This document shows positions 11,845-26,500 of a DNA stretch of 64,000 nucleotides, piece by piece. The position numbers and the translations under genes were made by a program. Under the pieces are notes generated by a model. The model was not told the DNA's origin. It searched no databases and saw only the letters and a program-made list of their open reading frames with translations. Each line of letters begins with the position of its first letter. Positions within the stretch are counted from its first letter, which is position 1. This DNA is from Balamuthia mandrillaris. Its lineage: Eukaryota. Location of the stretch: NCBI GenBank assembly GCA_031835245.2, contig JAVKOQ020000002.1, positions 186,001 through 250,000 on the forward strand, in the 5' to 3' direction.

Positions 11845-13645
11845 TTAGTGGTCGTGATCGTGAGGGAAGGCAAAGATGAGAGAAGAGATGGCGACAAAGC
11901 CAAACACGGCCAATCCAAACTTGAGATACTTGTCCTTTGCCACCATGAATTCATCCAGCAGAATGTCAACGATGGCCACGTACAGGAACGTTCCGCTCCC
12001 AATCGCAGTGCACACTGCGGTTGCGATGGTGCCCGCTTTCCCTCTCAGCGCGAATTGGAGGGCTATGCCAATCAGCATGCCGCTCGGTACCATCACGCTG
12101 AATATTGCTACCAGCTTTTATTTTGGTTAGAGAGGAGAGAGAGAGAAAGATGAAGAGAACGAGATCTGAAAAGAAAGAACCTTGATGAATGATTTAATGG
12201 AGGTATCTGCACGTAGAAAAGAGATACCAAGGGCAAAGGATTCGATCCTGTATAAGTGAATAACAAAACAAGGGGAATAATCAGAAGAAAGACGAATAAA
12301 TATGTAAAAAGGAAAAGAAAACACCATACCATTTGTGGGATACTATGGCAATAAACACGGGAAGAGCCGTGTCCAGACTTGGTTGAATGCCCAGCGTAAT
12401 TCCTGAAAGTTATGAGGAAAATACATTGGAGGCCAAAGAGGAAACAATGAAGAACAGACAACAAGGGAGAGAGGAGTGGGAAAACGATACAAGATGAGTG
12501 GGAAATTCATACCAGCTATCAAAGAATGAGCAGAGAGCACAATAAGCAACACATAAGGCAAAATAAAACCAGCACTTCTGGGCAGTTCCAAAAAATGGGC
12601 GTGATGGTGATGATCCTTATAGCTTTTCTGTGGTTCATCCGCTGCTTCCACATCATGCTCAACTGTGCTTTCTTGTTGTGCTTCGTCCACCAAAAGCGCT
12701 TCTGTGGAGCTCTCCTCGGTTTCAGTGTCATCACCATGCTCATTGTTGTGTTTATGCTGCTTCTGTTTTCTGCGTCGTCCTCGTTGCTCGTCACTGCTGA
12801 GTACCTTGCTGCTGTGCTTATTGTTCTTATGCTTATGAATTTGTATGTGAATATGAGGATGGGCATGCTTCTCCTTCTCACTCTCTGTCAGAACGTTCTT
12901 ACACTCGTCTTTTAGGAGGAAGGCAGACTGCTGACTCTCCACGTAAGTACCATAATTTTCACAAAGAGCCGAGGCCACTGCATGCGTGCCAACCAACACT
13001 CTGCGCTCATCCTGTTCCTCCGTGGTAGGCTGTTTCTCTGTATCACTGTGGCGGTGGTCGTGGCGGCGGTGGCGGTGCCCTTTTCCTTCCTCTTGTTCTT
13101 CTTGACATTCATCCACCAGTTCGATTAGGTCCGGGTCTTTCAACAAAATAACCTGAAATTAAAATCAAAAAATTAGCGAATAAATACTTAACACAGGAAG
13201 GAAGAGAGACAAAGAATATCAACTACAAGAATAAAAATGAAAACCTTTTCGATGAAAAAGACAAGAGCAAAGCCAACTGCGCACAGAACAAAGGACAAAG
13301 GAGCCTCAGCCCACCACCCGGAAAGCTCATGGTGGAAGCCTTCGTGGGCCTCCGCAAGCAAATGAACTATTTGGATAGAGGAAGAAGACATCAAAGTTTG
13401 GGTATTGGTCTCCATTCGACCACAAAAAAAAAAGTTTGTCAACAAAAAACAGATAAAAACGTACTCAGTCCGCCGCCAAGAAAGAGACCTCCGGAGAATG
13501 CGTTACCCCAAGATAGGATACGGTCCCGCCAGTAGTCCGATTTTATGAAGCGCTTCAACAACAAAGGGAGCAGCGAGAAGAGCGCAGTGACCACCAAGAG
13601 GCAGAACAGAGACCCCACCACGAAGAGTATGTGCTTCGTTTCCAT
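11845..13645 (-). CDS. ZIP (Zrt/Irt-like) zinc/iron transporter with long His-rich loop; multi-exon
   Basis: GNAFSGGLFLGGGLIHLLAEA, LSAHSLIAGITLG, AIVSHKWIESFALG and GSGTFLYVAIVDIL signatures; His-rich loop in ORF 12343-13146. Confidence 0.9.
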
Positions 13646-14016
13646 TTTCTTTCTTTCTTTTTTTTTTCGAATCAGTCAATAAAAACTAATAGGTTGGCCA
13701 ACAGTAGTTATATACGAGGGATTCAGCTGTTATTCGAGGGTTCGTAGGTTACGTAAGTTGTCGAATATAATAGGTTGCTAATTCTTCATAATATACGCGG
13801 AGGAAATTTTCCGAGTCGAGGGTTACGACCTTAAACGAAAAGAGCAGAAAAGGAGCCCATGTCGACAAAATTGAGAAAAATAAAAGAAACACAAAAAATA
13901 GTGCAAGATTTTGTGTTGCAAGTTGTTTGTTTGTGGATTGGGAGGCGCGCTGCTCATTGCTGTAGGTTGGATTGGTTGTTCTGCCGAATAGGGAGAGGAA
14001 AAAAAAAATATCAAAG

Positions 14017-15656
14017 ATGCCGCCAAAGAAAAGCGCAGGAGGAAAGGCCCAGCAAAAGAAGCAGGAGAAAATCATCGAGGACAAGACCTTTGGTATGAAG
14101 AACAAGAACAAAAGCAAGAAAGTGCAAAAGTTCATCACCCAAATAAAAACTCAACAAACCAACCAAAGGAAGGTTTGTGTTCATTTTATTTACTTCTCCC
14201 TTTTTCCCTCTTGCTTTTTATAATTTTGGACTCATTTCCCCCTCTCGAATCAACTAAAGGGTCCTCCAACGGAACCTGGCAAGGTACTCACCACACACTC
14301 TCTCTTTCTTTTGCTCTCTCTTTCTTGTTCTCCTCTCTCTCTCTTTCCGCTCTTTCCCCCCCCCTCCCTCTTTGTCTTGCTGCCTTTCTTCCCCACTTGT
14401 CGTTTGCTAACACGCTACTTTGTGAACAGACAAAGAAGCAGATTAAGCTCGAGAGAGATGCTGAGTTTAATCAGCTGTTTAAGCCCGTTGCTCAAAAGAA
14501 AGGTTCTCTCTCGTTTTCTGAACGAGGATGTCGCTTCGGCTAACACACACTCTCCCCTCTGCTCCGTTGGCGTGTTCAAATACAAACAGTGAGCGCAGGG
14601 GCTGACCCAAAGTCAGTGCTTTGTCAGTACTTCAAAATGGGAACGTGCACGAAAGGAGCTCGCTGCAAGTTCTCACATGATATCGCGGTGGAGCGCAAGT
14701 CTGAGAAGATCGACATTTACACCGATCGACGGGACCTCTCTGGTCAAGAAAACATGGACGGTTTGTGCTCTTAACCTCTCTGTCACTTTGTATATTTCTT
14801 ACCCTTTATGCATTTTACAGAGACAATGGACGATTGGGACGAAGGCAAGCTGCGTACTGTGGTGGAACGCAAGGCTGGCAAAAACCCTCCTACCACCACC
14901 GATATTGTTCGTCCTCTCTCTCCCTCTCTCTCTCAAGACTATTTTCTCATCGTGTGAAAACAACAGGTATGTAAGTACTTTTTGGATGCCATCGAGAGTA
15001 GGAAATACGGATGGTTCTGGGAATGTCCCAATGGAAAGGACTGCAAGTATCGGCATGCCCTCCCTCCTGGCTTCGTCTTTGAGCCTAAGAAAAAAAAGAA
15101 TGTGGAGGAAGACGAAGAAAACAAAGTTGCTTTGGAAGATCAATTAGAAGAGGAGGTTCGTTGTCCTGTCTTTTTGTTTCTCATTCTTTTGTTCAGGGCA
15201 CTAAGCGATTTAAAACAACAAAAACAGAGACGAGGATTGACAGGAGGTACACCACTTACTTTGGAGTTGTTCTTGCAATGGAAGGAAAAGAAAGCTATGG
15301 AGCGGGAGGACCTCGTGGAGAAACGCAAACAGGACATCAAGGCAGGCAAAATCCTGAGAAGCGGTCGCGAGTTCTTCGTAGAGAATCCCGAATTGGCTGG
15401 CGTTGGCGACGACGACGATGCTTGGGATACTTCCACTTTTGCCAACGAGAATGAAGAAGAAAATGGGGAACAAGTTTCTGCTTCAGCTGCGACAACGACG
15501 AAAGAAAACGGAGAAGAAGAGAAAGGCAAACAGAAGGAGGGAGAGGAGAAAGGAGAAGAGGGTGCAAACGTGGAGGTGGACGCTTCCGTATTTCTTGCTG
15601 AGGAAGTGGATGACTTGGGAATCAGCGATGAGGAGGAAGAAGGCGAAGATAACTAA
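14017..15656 (+). CDS. ZC3H15: Zinc finger CCCH protein 15 / DFRP1 / Tma46; multi-exon
   Basis: MPPKK...[92 protein letters not shown]. Confidence 0.93.
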
Positions 15657-16181
15657 CGACAGGTGTAAGTGACTTTCCCACCTGGATCCAGGCTGATGAC
15701 ACTCTAAAAACTATAGCACCAAAGTCAAACTAATGCATGTTAGTTTGCATCTGCTTTGTCTATTTGTGATTTCAAAAAGCAAGTCCGCATGTGTTGGTGG
15801 GGCCACAAAAGGGTGCGGGCAACGGGAAGAACACCACCCAGAACTTGTTGGATGGGGTTACCGAATGCTTCCCCCCTTTTTTTCAGGATAAAAAGGAAGC
15901 GGAATGGCGGAGTCGAACCGAAGGGTCCCCCCGATTTGTCAATGAATGAAGAGCAGGCGGCCATTGGTGCGTGCGGCCCTCACCGAAAAGTTCATTGCCT
16001 GGCTGCACGGATAGCCCCTCAGCAGTTTCATGAACGACGCTTAATTTTTCCCCACCACCACCCCATTTCTCTCTCCCCAAAGAAAAAGCGAAAAGAAAGA
16101 AAGATTAGATTTTCCACACTCTCTTTCAGTAGTGGTGGTGAAGTAGTAGTGAGAAATAGTTAGTAGTATTTGTACGAAGAA

Positions 16182-17603
16182 ATGGGAGCCAACAATTTAT
16201 CGTTGGAAGAACAAGGACAAGTCAAAAGCGTAGTGGGGGGTCATGTGCAGGCTACCGCCGTGGCCCGACTCTACCAGGCCCAAGGCACCAGCTGGGGCTA
16301 CAACGGACAATGGGGAGCTTTGGCCTTTGTGGAGGATCAGGGCCGCCACCTGTTTCGCTTGGTGGCCATGGCTGGGGGCTACCCCTCCCAGGTCATATGG
16401 GAGCAAGCGGTATGGGAGGGGCTGGAGTACTGCTCCCCAGCCCCTTTCTTCCACACCTTTGAAGGAGAGCACTGCGTCTACGGCCTGTCCTTCGCGGACG
16501 AGGCTGACGCCGACAATTTCTTACGCCAGGTCTCTTCCTGCCCCGTCGTGAACGCCAGTGGCAGCAAGGCAGCCCCTGCCATGGTAAGCCCCAGAGGACC
16601 TGGGCCTGCCCTTTCTACCCACAGTGTGCCTTCCGTGCCCACTCGTCCCAAGAATGTTGCCCCTTCGTTGATGACGACTGCCTCTTCCCCTTCATTGCCC
16701 GTTGGGGGAGGTGCACCCCCCACCCCTTCCTATGATGCAGCACTGCCACCGACGCCCGCTCTGCAAGTCTCAAGCGTTCCTACTCCTGCGCCTATGTCTG
16801 CCCCCTCCAGTGGCAGCAAAGTGATTGGCGGCGGTGGAGGCAGCCTCATCGTTAGCAAGCGTGACAATAAGAAGAAGAAAAAGGGTTCTGTGATCAGGGG
16901 AAGGAAGGGCGGTTGGTTCGGCAAGATCAAAGACAACCTCGGAATTGGCAGCAGCAGCAGTTCTGACATTCAGCTGGGTGGACCCACCGGCTTCAGGCAC
17001 GAGAGTCACATCGGTTGGGACGCTGAGAATGGCTTTGAGATCCGCAACATTCCTCCCGAGTGGAGAAAATTGTTCCAGGCGGCTGGCGTGAAGAAGAGCG
17101 ATCTGAGGGATCAAGCCACCGCCAAATTCATCTTTGAGACTGTGGCGGAGGCTACCGCCCAGTTTAACCCTGATGCGCCAGGCTCTGGCGGAGGAGGTTT
17201 TGGAGGACCTCCTCCCCCAGCGCCTCCTGGCCCTTCATTTGGTGGAGGTGAGGTAGGAGGTGGTGCCCCTCCTCCTCCATCTGCGCCGATGGCTCCACCT
17301 CCCCCATCGGCACCGATGGCCCCAACTCCTCCCCCTCCTTCCCTGCCCGGAGGACCTCCCCCTCCTGCCGCTCCTTCCTTTGGAGGTGGCGGCGGTAGCG
17401 GGGGCGGAAGCCTCCTGGCTGGCCTGCAGAACGCGCAGCTGAAGAGCGCGGAGGCGAGAGTGTTGCCCAATTTGGCGGAACTGGATGAACAGCAGGGCGC
17501 TTCCATCGCCGACACCCTGGCCCGTGCTATGGCCCAGAGAAGAATCGACATTGCCGAGCAGTCGGATGAGGAGTTCGACTCGGACGATGAGTGGAGCGAC
17601 TAA
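16182..17603 (+). CDS. WAS: WASP-family nucleation-promoting factor (WH1-basic-CRIB-polyPro-VCA), intronless
   Basis: WH1 (ATAVARLY...FFHTFEGEHCVYGLSFADE.DA..F), basic patch, CRIB (GPTGFRHESHIGWD), PPEWRKLFQAAGV, polyproline, WH2-like LLAGLQNAQLK, central LARAMAQRR, acidic DDEWSD. Confidence 0.92.
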   Translation: MGANNLSLEEQGQVKSVVGGHVQATAVARLYQAQGTSWGYNGQWGALAFVEDQGRHLFRLVAMAGGYPSQVIWEQAVWEGLEYCSPAPFFHTFEGEHCVYGLSFADEADADNFLRQVSSCPVVNASGSKAAPAMVSPRGPGPALSTHSVPSVPTRPKNVAPSLMTTASSPSLPVGGGAPPTPSYDAALPPTPALQVSSVPTPAPMSAPSSGSKVIGGGGGSLIVSKRDNKKKKKGSVIRGRKGGWFGKIKDNLGIGSSSSSDIQLGGPTGFRHESHIGWDAENGFEIRNIPPEWRKLFQAAGVKKSDLRDQATAKFIFETVAEATAQFNPDAPGSGGGGFGGPPPPAPPGPSFGGGEVGGGAPPPPSAPMAPPPPSAPMAPTPPPPSLPGGPPPPAAPSFGGGGGSGGGSLLAGLQNAQLKSAEARVLPNLAELDEQQGASIADTLARAMAQRRIDIAEQSDEEFDSDDEWSD

Positions 17604-17714
17604 GTCTTGCTCAAGACAAACCTGTTTTCCGCCATTTCTGTTTTGACTTTAAAAAAAACCATGGCAAACCAGGACCCTTTCTTTTTCATCTCTCTTTTAT
17701 TCCTTTTAGTTGGG

Positions 17715-19568
17715 TCAATCGGCAGCTTGCGTGGAAGAAGGAACAAAGCTACCGTCTTCGTGTTGTTGTTGAGGGGGCATTTTGTTGGGCCAAGGTGGCG
17801 AGGCTGTTGTCGGGGGGGATTGTTGGTGCGTGGAGGTGGGGCTGCCACAGACCTTCGGATCCACGAGGGGAGGTTCGGAGCCGCTCCTCTTCTTCAACAA
17901 TTCCTGAGAGGGAGAGATGGTGGTCGGCACGGTGGACGATTTGGAAGTGGCCTTGTTGTAGCCGCTTGCCATGTAGTTGCCCGTCTTCTTCACCGCCTTT
18001 TTCAGGTTTTGCACTTTGGTCTTCATGTTGTTGCCCTTTCCTTGTTGTTGTGCTCCTCCAGCGGCCCTGTAAGCAACGTTTGTTGTTGGCTCTGAATCAG
18101 ACTCGCTGCTTGCTCCTCCATCTGTATTCTCTCGCTCCGGGTTAAATCGTTGTTGTAAAGATGCTAAGTCATCAAGGGCTACTTGCTTATTATCACGGCT
18201 GGTCGCAGCTGCTCCTCCGCCTCCTTCCCGCCGCCTTTCTTTCTTGGCCCGAGAATGTTGTGGTTCTTCCTCGCTGCCACTGTAGCTATCGCTACTATGA
18301 GGGACGATAGGTGAAGATTGTCTGCTGGTGCTGTTTGTGGTGGTGAAGTTGTGGCTATTGTAGGTGGCAGAAGAGGATGAAGGGGAGGGCGAGACGGTGG
18401 CATTAGAGGAGGCTAAAGAGAAAGAAAGGGCTTCGGCAGCTACAGCAGCAGCAGCGAGACTACTATAGGGAGCATCAGCAGCACTGGCGGTGCGTTCCCC
18501 GCGAGGAGAGCGATAGGGAGGAATACGCCCTGCTCCTCCTGTTGAGGAGAAGTGCTGTTGGGCAAGACCACCCGAGCTGGCACTGATCTTCTTTCTGGGT
18601 TTGAAGATACTCCGCTTCTTCTTTTTCTCCTTCTCTTTCTCCTCTCCGTCGCTCCAGCTATGGTGAGAAAGCTCTGAAGCGACGCTACCGGGCGAATGGG
18701 AGTATCCCATTTCTCCGCTGGTACCACTATTGTTGCTCATACCTATCATTGATCCTCCGTAATGATGGTGGTGATGGTGGTGATGATTATTGTTGGCCAT
18801 CAGATTAACGTTGAAGGAATGGAGGATCTTGGGTACTTTGACAACATGTTCCACTTCTCCTTTCTCGTTGATAATTCTAGATTGGTCGTCCTCATCCAAG
18901 CTCCGATCTTTGATGATGATTTCCCACTTCCATGCCCCATCCTCTTCATCATCAAGCCCCGCTCCTCCTTGCGTCCCTCCTGCCTTATTTGGTTTACCTC
19001 TCTGATGTACACCATCCTCGTTTCCTGTTGCCCCTCCTGTTCCCATTGGTCCCAATTCTTCACTTTCGTTTTTTCCTGTTTGAGAGGACTGACGACTTGA
19101 TGTCGCCCCCAATTCGCTATCTTTGACTAACTCTGCTGCGCTGTGAACGAGCGGTGTCAGCGTTTGCATGTCAAACAGCTGGTCTCCGATGGTCAGCCAC
19201 TGTTCTGCTTCCTTTAGTTCCCGCACAACCTTAAACCGAAACTGTACAAAATTCATTCGGCCAGTTGTCTTCTCGTCCAACAATGGCCGCACCTTTTGGA
19301 GAGAAAGGAAACAGTTTAGTAATTACCTTCATAATAACAGGAAAAAAAAATAAGAAGAACTGAACCTTCTTCCACATGTTCTCCACCTCTGCTCTGACTT
19401 GTGAGTCCACATCCCAAGTCAATGTCGCCAGAGAGCGAACAAGCCATTTGTAGTGAACCAATGCACATGAGAAAATCTCTCGTGTATCAAGGAAGCCATC
19501 CTTATCCATATCAAAGCAGTCAAAGCATACTATTCAAGTCCCTTACCAGTTAAAGAGAGGGATAACGA

Positions 19569-19618
<50 letters not shown>

Positions 19619-21965
19619 GAGGGAGAGAGAGAAGAGAGAGGAAAGAGAGAAGAGAGAAGAGAGAGAGAACCTCGAAGCTTTGCCAAAGGAATGCCGCTGA
19701 AAATGAGGCTGAGGCCAGCGATGATGTCAAAGTAATTAACCAAATTCTTGCTTTTGGGATCAAACACCTTCCACAAAAGCTGAACGTGCTTGTCGTCTAG
19801 CTTGCTGTCCACATCCCACATGGCATAGAGGAACGTGGAGTAGTCCAATTTCCGCCCTGATACAGGAGGATGCGGCGATTTAGAGGCGTGCTTCATGCGC
19901 GTTAGCAAATGATCAGCCAACTGTCGAAGCGCTTTCTCTCCATAACCCTCAAAGAGGTTCCGTAGCATGCCAAAACTGGACAAGTGTTGCTTATCCTGGA
20001 TGGCACGTTGCGCATCAAACCGTCGTTGCGTTAGTTTTTCTTCCTTGAATGAGCCCAAGTCACTGGAGAACGCCAGCTGGTTAACATCAGAGAGAGAAAG
20101 AGAAAAATAAAGTCAGAAACAACACGGGTAGGTTAAACCTTCACAATGCAAAATAAAAACAAAACAAACCTTGATGAGACTATCAGCGTCGTATAGATAA
20201 CGAGGCAACTCGCTTAAGAGGGCGGTCGCTTCTTCGGCAGTTTTCGTGGCTAGCAATTGGTTCTGGTGCATTTTGAGAATGGCCAACCCTATCCTTTGTA
20301 ATACTGTACATCCTTCACAAAAAAAAGCATCAAAGACCCGAAGCGTTGTCTATGATGTGAAACTCCAAGTTAGCCAAATGACTCAGAGAAGAAGATTAAG
20401 GGGTGAAAAGAAATACTTCTGTTGGTAGCCAGTTTATGTATAAGGAGAGAAACCACTTCATCGTGATTGTGTTCAAGTTAACTTTCTTTTGTTTAAAGTG
20501 ATTATGAAGGGCTGGTAGCTTCTTTTCTACCAGTTGAAGAAATACAAGTTGATCCGCCTTTTATAAAATTATTAGAAATAAGATATAAAAATAACAAACA
20601 ACAAGCAACAACAACAAACATAAGCAAAAGAAGAGCAAAATGCAAACCTGAATGCCCTGCATTACAGGAGAGTAATATTCGGGCACAAGATCCTCCACAA
20701 TTGTACAGAGCAGCCAAAAGGCTGATTCCTCATCCATAAATAGAAGCAGGAATGCAACGATAAAGTTCATCGACTGGCAGTAACCCACAGAAGAGTTCTT
20801 CCATGCATATGCCCTCAAAACTCTCTTCAATGGCAGCATGCCTTCATGATTTGCATATACATTGTGTTGCGGAAACGTCTTGGGCAGATCCTTTAAAACA
20901 TAAACAAGAACGCAAATGAACAAACGAACAAAAATGAACAAACGAACAAAAATGAAACTGTGTGAGAGAGAGAGAGAGAGGTACGACACCTTTTTAATTT
21001 GCTCGATGTAAGGAGACACCTCATTCTTGTGAAGCTCTAACAGCTTCCAATAGATGCCTTCGTTCTCCCTCTGTTTTTCTTTGGCTCCTGAGCAACAAAG
21101 CCAGATCTCAGCGCGATGGCTGAGAGGCAAGCCCTTACGGGCCAAAGGCTTCAGCTCCTTCCCTGCCTTCATGTTCTGCCATTTACGTTTGCTGAAGGAA
21201 CCAAACGCGTTGCTCCCTTTGGGCTTTGTTCGGCTGTACTCGTTGTAACTCTGTATGTCTGACTCAGAGAGAGCGAATCCCAGCCTGTCTTTTCGAATCA
21301 AGTCCACAAACGATTCTTTCTTTGCTTCTTCCAATCTGTGCAATGGTTTCATTGTAAGGATAAAATGTCGATAAAGTAAAGAAGATCAGAGGAGAAAGCG
21401 TACTGGTGCTCTTCGTTGGAGGTGATGAATGATAAATATTTAACACAAAAGCTCAGTTCCACAAGCTTGAAGTTGGGCAACACGTCCAGCTTCAAGGTAA
21501 AGTTGGTCTGCTCAAACCCGTTGAGGGAAGGCAGTGCTATGCAGTCATGCCTGGTGATCTTGTCTCCTTCCACGTTGTTCGTGGAGTGAAGAGCCACCAC
21601 AAACTCGTTGGCCCTTGGCTCCACCAGCAGGTTGATCGTTTCGTTCCACGCCACGTCCACCACCATGGGTGTCCGGTGGTCAGCGCCGGCGCTGAGGCGG
21701 CGGTCGCCCAACCGACTGAACGCCTTTTGCGAGCCGCATGTAAACGAACAGTAGATGTTGTGCCTTGACTCTGCAGAAGGAAAAAAAGAAAAGAAAAGGG
21801 AAGATGAAGAGAAGATCAAGAGAGAGAGGAGAGTGAGTGAGAGAAGAAGGAAGTCAACAACTTGAAGGTAAAGTAACAAAACAAAACAAAGAACAAACCT
21901 GGCACGTTCTTTGCTTCAAGGAGCTTGAGGGTAAGAATACCAAGAGGAGTTGCCCCCACCTCCAT
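17715..21965 (-). CDS. C2-TBC(Rab-GAP)-EF-hand protein with long disordered C-terminus; multi-exon
   Basis: N-terminal C2 (LTLKLLEAKNVP...VAWNETINL), TBC motifs RKGLPLSHRAEIW, DLPKTFP, GYCQSMNFIV, EESAFW, KWFLSLY; EF-hand-like FDCFDMDKDGFLD. Long last exon ends at 17715. Confidence 0.85.
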
Positions 21966-23124
21966 CCCGTCTTCCCTGTCCTTCTTCTTCTTTTGTCTTC
22001 GCATTTTTTATACACTGCTGCGCTCTTGGTTGTTGTAGGACTTGCCGTCCCCCTCCCTCTTCTTCTTTCTTCTTTTTGCCTCTTGCTCCTCTCTCTCTCT
22101 GTTGTCTTTCTTGTCGTTGAAAAAATAAAATAAAATAAGATAAAAACAATCAAATCAAATACAAACAAATCAACAAAAAATCTCTGGAAAAAAAAAGATA
22201 ACAAAAATAAAATCAACGAAAAGAAGAAATCAAATCGTGGATAAAAAAATAAAATCAAATCAGGTGGCCCACCGCTACCAATTCACTACGTTCTGCCCCT
22301 CCAAAAAGAAATATTTTTTAAAAAAAGCTACCACCACAAACTTATTTCAGATTCGCCCTCGATCGTTACGAAGGGCAAAGTCCACCCCCTCCTTTTCTTA
22401 AAAAAAAAAATGGGTGGCCCGGCCAGAAGGATGAAGGAAAAAGCCTTCCTTCTCCTTCGTTCTCTCTCCTTCTCTCTCTCTTTTGTTTTTTTGCTATTTT
22501 GGTTGTTGTTGGCCAAATATATTGTATGTTTAGCAATTATTATCCGAAAATATCGTACTTTAATTGACTTATCGACCATAATTGGTTTAGATCGGTGTAA
22601 GGCTGCACTTCCTGTGCACATTTTCTGGTCTCACAGGATTTTTGTTCCCGGAAGGGAATCGAAAATTTCGCGTTGCGAATCATCCGCGGGTCTATCTTGT
22701 CCAAGAGCACTGTCACCAGAACAGCTGGACATGATTTGCCGGAAAATTCGTCCGTTGCCAAGGCGCTGCTGCTTCGCCTTGGCGCCAAAAATAAAAAAAA
22801 ACCTCTCTCCGTCCTATTTTATTCGGAAGGATAGACAAAGATAGGGGACAGAGAGCCAAGTTGCTTCCAACAAAGAACCTCACTTGGTCCCTCTCACCCC
22901 CCGCGCTTCCAGTGTTATTTTTTTTGTTGGTGATTTTCATCGCTACACCTTTCAATCCACTACCCCTCCCTTTTTTTTTGATAAACCAAGGTACGAAAAG
23001 AGTTATCAAAAACAATTTTTTCATCGCTTTTTCTTGAGGCTGGCTGATTGATGACCTCTCTCCTCCTTTTTTTTTCTCTCCGTAGTAGGGTTTTTTTTTT
23101 TGCAAACAGAAAAAAATAATAAAC

Positions 23125-23992
<868 letters not shown>

Positions 23993-24276
23993 TCATTCTC
24001 CTCACAACAAAATAAACAAAGATTTCAACAAGGTTCAACTCTCGTTCTCTCTCCGTCCCTCCCTTTCTCTCCTCTTGTGAAAAATGCTTTCTGTTTTTTC
24101 CAAATCAATCATAGTATATTGTTTACATGTTAAACAAAGCTACATTATCACTTATTTATGATGAGAGACGTCTCTCTATGCTCGCCGAAGGAACTCTTCC
24201 CCTCAACACAGCCATAATACTAACAGAAAAAGAGAAAAGCTACTCCCTCTCTTCTTCCTTTCTCAGAGTATGCACC

Positions 24277-25362
24277 TTAGATACTGTTGCGAGCACTGCG
24301 AGGGATGCCCTCCTCCTCTTCACCTTCATTGTTGAGTATCTTGCGGATGCTGCACTCCCATCTTATCCTTCGCTCTTCGCTGGAGGCTTGCAGCCGTTTC
24401 TTTTTGCACAGGCGAAAGTAACGAAGCCCGCACGCATTGCACAAGCTTTTTTTTTTGGGAAACCAACACACTTAAGTCAACACTTGGAAGAGCAGGCAGA
24501 AGAGAAGAAATGGATGAAGAGCAATACCTTCGAGGACCAAGAGGGCCACGCCTCCACTCCGGGGTGTGGAAAGTGCCGCACTCGGTGCATGACTTGGAGA
24601 AAGGAGAGGAGCCCAGAGAGGCAGAACGGGTTGGAGAAGGAGAAGTACGCAGAGGGGGAGAAGCAGAAGAAGAACGTCCAGGGGTAGAGGGAGCGGAAGC
24701 AGAAGAGGAGGACGACGATTGAGAGAGGAAGAATGGTTTATCGTGGAACGTCCTTGCGTTGGTGGTCTTCATGTGGTACCTCGGCGAGGCGCTGGCGCTC
24801 TCCTCCTCTGACCCGGTGGGGGAAGAAGGAATGGACGTGTTCCTGTGGCCAGGCTTTGCATCCGAGCTCCACGTCCTCGCTACTGACTTAATGTTCAAGG
24901 AGGAGGCTGGGCGTGCTGGCCTTTCCATCTGCACCCTTTTTAAGGCACAGAGCAAGCTCTCGGCCTGTGGGGTGAGTTTATCCGTGGGTCTGCACGTCAG
25001 CCTGACAGCTGAGCCACTGCTCTGCTGGGCAGTGGTGCTCAACGAAACCAAGCATGCCAGCGCTGTCTCCTTGCCTCCTCCTGGCCCCGACTCGGCCGCC
25101 ACCGCTGCAGCAGAGGAGGTGGCGACAGGCGGAGGCACTGCCACCATCTCCTCGGCCACGTTCTGTTCGTGCATTACCCGTGATGCCTCTGTTGCCAGCT
25201 TCCATGTCTACAAGCGAAGAGGAAGATTATGGTTACACGAGTTCCATAAAAACAAAACAGGAGAGGAGGAGGAGCGTGGGGAGGTGGATGAAGAAGGCAG
25301 CAGAGGAAGGAGCCATGTACCTCTCTTAGCGCATGCCTTCTCCACTCCTTCACTGAGCCCAT
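24277..25362 (-). CDS. GATA zinc-finger transcription factor (CX2CX18CX2C); 3 coding exons
   Basis: Spliced finger [32 protein letters not shown] followed by a basic region. First exon MGSVKEWRRHALRE splices in phase. Stop at 24277. Confidence 0.85.
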
Positions 25363-26396
25363 TGTTTTCTTCTTCTTGCTTGAGTTTGCAGCCGTTGTCT
25401 TGGTGGGGATTTTTGGTGGAATGGTTGAATGGAAATAGGTGCGAGGATTGTGCAAGAATGAAACGGGGTTTCTCAGCTCCTCAGTTTCTATCTCGTTTTA
25501 AATAGTTGCTTTTTTTTTTGTTACTCCTGTGATGTATTAAGCAAAACAAAAAAAAAAAAAATGAGAGAAGGAAAAAAGAATAAGAACAAAAGAATAAAGA
25601 TTCGGATATGTGGAAAGGCGTGGAGTTTTCGGAAGTTTGATTGTTAAGGTTACGATTGTGACGGTTTGCGATGAGATGGAGGGAGCACAGGGATAGAGGG
25701 AGCGGGTCGTGCTTTGAAATGACAGCAGCTTTCCTCCAAAGGAGGTGGGATGATGAATAAACACCATGAAGGAAACAAAAAAAAAGAGGGGGTTGAAGGG
25801 AGGTGTGATGGAGAGGAAGACGTAAGGATGAGGAATGATGGAGCAACGGCCCCAACCGTTGGCAGGAGTGAAGGCTGCAGGAAGAGAATTACACGAAATC
25901 GGGGATGAAACAGATGAACAATGACAGCCAACACCACAGATAACGGTCCAACAAGGAACAACAACACATACAAAGATAATGCTAATTTGGGTGATGAGGG
26001 CAACGGGTAGGCTTCCGTCTCGAGGAAATTTCAGAAGAGGTTCTTCTGCACCGTGGGAGTCATGGGGCCATGCCACACCCCCCCACCACCTAATAAGCGC
26101 AAATTGAAGCATGTTGTCCTGGAAGAACAGGTGGGGAGGGAGCATAGCAGAATGATGGGGTGCAGATAAGAGATGTATAGGGATTTTGGAAGGAAAAAAA
26201 AAATAAGAATGGAGGAGGGGGGGGAAGGGGATGGTTTGGTTTTGACACCCAAACATTCCCTTTTTGTGTTGGGGATGATCCTTTTGAGTTGGGTCTCACA
26301 GGAACTCTTCCCTTTTTGTGGAGCGGGGGAGCCTAGCAGGGGTTCCTCCGAAGAGGAGGAGGAAAGGGATGCTCTCCAGGGATGTTGGATGAGGGA

Positions 26397-26440
26397 GTGG
26401 ATGTGGATGTGGATGTGGATGTGGATGTGGATGTGGATGT
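26397..26440. repeat. (GTGGAT)n hexamer microsatellite next to a (GA)n tract
   Basis: About 7 direct tandem copies of GTGGAT, followed by (GA)n at about 26459-26494. Confidence 0.9.
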
Positions 26441-26454
26441 TTGGCATAGGGAGA

Positions 26455-26500
<46 letters not shown>

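Noticed and set aside
15695..15712. TGATGA followed by sequence partly complementary to SSU rRNA TTAGAGTGT
   Set aside because: No D or D' box at the proper spacing, and it lies just 3' of the ZC3H15 stop; a 9-nt match is plausibly chance.
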